Of a DNA stretch of 17,159 nt, positions 15,949 through 17,159 are shown piece after piece. The DNA comes from Gemmatimonadota bacterium. GTDB taxonomy: Bacteria > Gemmatimonadota > Gemmatimonadetes > Longimicrobiales > RSA9. Made by a program: the position numbers and the translations under genes. A model generated the notes under the pieces. It saw only the letters and a list, made by a program, of their open reading frames with translations, had not been told where the DNA came from and made no database searches. The stretch's first letter is position 1. Each line of letters opens with the position of its first letter. The stretch covers positions 1-17,159 of the forward strand of contig JBBDRO010000040.1 in NCBI GenBank assembly GCA_040905425.1, given 5' to 3'.

Positions 15949-16770
15949 TCAGCGGGCCTTGAACTCGGCCTTGCGCTTCTCCACGTAAGCGGCCAGGCCC
16001 TCCTTGGCGTCCGAACTCTGGAAGAGCAGCTGCTGCAGCTCTCGCTCCACGGCCAGGGCGTCCTGGAAGGGCAGCTCGGCGCCGGTCTGCACCGCCCGCT
16101 TGATGTTGCCCACGGCCTTGGCGGCCATGTTGGGCGGCGTGAAGCGCTTGGCGTACGCCATGACCTGCTCCATGAACGCGTCCCCGCTGTCCGCCTCGTA
16201 GAGCTCGTTGATGATGCCCATGCGCTGGGCCTCCTCGAATTCGAAGGTGCGGCCCGTGACCATGAGCTCCATGGCGGCCGACTTGCCCACCAGCCGGCAG
16301 AGGCGCTGCGTGCCGCCCGTGCCAGGGAGCACTCCCAGGCTCACCTCGGGCAGACCGATCTTGCTGCCGCCCTTGCGCCCGATGCGCAGGTCCGCGGCCA
16401 TGGCAATCTCCAGCCCGCCGCCCACCGTGTGCCCGTTCAGCCCCGCGATCACCAGCTTGGGCGTCTGCTCGAGCCGGTTCAGCGTCTCGTTGGCGTGCAG
16501 GCAGAAGTAGTACTTGAAGGTGGGCGTCACCGAGTTCAGCATCTGGATATTGGCCCCGGCGCAGAAGAACTTGTCGCCGGCGCCGCGCAGCACGATGACG
16601 TGCACGTCGTCGTCCATACGGGCGCGCAGGATGGCCGTGTCCAGATCCTGCAGCATCTCGTACGTGTAGGTGTTCGCCGGTGGGTCCTGCAGGGTGAATA
16701 CGGCCACGCCGTCCACGGTCTCGTAGCCAACCAGCGTGTCCCGCTCCGTTGCTGCCACTGCCTCTGCCAT
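15949..16770 (-). CDS. Crotonase-fold protein resembling the N-terminal half of BoxC (benzoyl-CoA epoxide ring-opening lyase), 273 aa
   Basis: GGAGG at 16776-16780. Motifs 'FCAGANIQML', 'KYYFCLHANET', 'NGH.VGGGLEIAMAAD', 'LPEV.LGVLPGTGG'. The crotonase call is firm; the BoxC-N resemblance rests on remembered motifs (GANI.ML / K..FC...NET). Confidence 0.88.
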   Translation of the reverse strand: MAEAVAATERDTLVGYETVDGVAVFTLQDPPANTYTYEMLQDLDTAILRARMDDDVHVIVLRGAGDKFFCAGANIQMLNSVTPTFKYYFCLHANETLNRLEQTPKLVIAGLNGHTVGGGLEIAMAADLRIGRKGGSKIGLPEVSLGVLPGTGGTQRLCRLVGKSAAMELMVTGRTFEFEEAQRMGIINELYEADSGDAFMEQVMAYAKRFTPPNMAAKAVGNIKRAVQTGAELPFQDALAVERELQQLLFQSSDAKEGLAAYVEKRKAEFKAR

Positions 16771-16970
16771 CCGTGCCTCCAGGGTCGGTATCAGTCGAGC
16801 CGTCTATGTGATCCAAGAGAAGAGGGCCGGTCCGCATCCGCGCCCGGCCCCGATTCCGCATGGGAGCGATCCGCCGCCGCGACGGTCGCTGCAACCCGGC
16901 CCGCGGCACGCCGGAGCCGCGGCGGGCGCGCCGCGTCGGCCGGCGCAGTCGTCGCGCCCGGAGGAGGCCA

Positions 16971-17000
16971 AAGCTAGGCCGGGCGCGTGGGCGGGGTCAA
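16971..17000 (-). promoter_or_regulatory. Sigma70-type promoter for the - strand catabolic operon
   Basis: On the - strand: -35 TTGACC (17000-16995), 18-nt spacer, -10 TAGCTT (16976-16971). These are isolated AT-containing hexamers in very GC-rich DNA. Confidence 0.65.
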
Positions 17001-17159
17001 GCCGCCGGGGCCGGAACGCCACCCGCCCCCCGGGGGGCTCGTACCGCCCCTCCGACCATCGGTGCCCGGCGCGCGTCCTCTCGCGCCCGCGCGCTTGCCC
17101 GTGTCCGTCCCGTGCGGGTAACTTCCAGCTGTTGGAACCCCACTCCTGCACCGAGGTAC

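Noticed and set aside
16804..17151. 115-aa - strand ORF upstream of the operon
   Set aside because: Low-complexity translation with no motif, and it spans the predicted promoter. The region is better explained as intergenic/leader DNA.

Overview
GC-rich bacterial chromosome segment. The gene set suggests Gemmatimonadota, but this is an inference. From left to right: (1) a DUF222-type/HNH endonuclease gene (582-2639). It carries eight in-frame copies of a 16-bp palindrome, CGGTTCCGCGGAACCG, and has a compact G.U-rich predicted RNA structure upstream (416-500) and a nested stem-loop downstream. (2) A convergent beta-propeller lipoprotein. (3) A + strand housekeeping block: acyl-CoA dehydrogenase, RNase E/G, rplU-rpmA with its own promoter and terminator, and a 2-TM hypothetical protein. 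(4) A tightly coupled 10-gene - strand operon (16770 to 8473): BoxC-N-like crotonase, aldehyde dehydrogenase, PcaF/PaaJ thiolase, PaaG-like isomerase, 3-hydroxyacyl-CoA dehydrogenase, enoyl-CoA hydratase, an 84-aa unknown, DUF3311 plus sodium:solute symporter, and an AroQ chorismate mutase. This operon looks like the lower half of an aerobic CoA-dependent aromatic ring-cleavage pathway and has a sigma70-like promoter with a ~195-nt structured leader. No tRNA, rRNA, CRISPR array or transposase was seen. All family calls come from reading motifs by eye, not from database searches.
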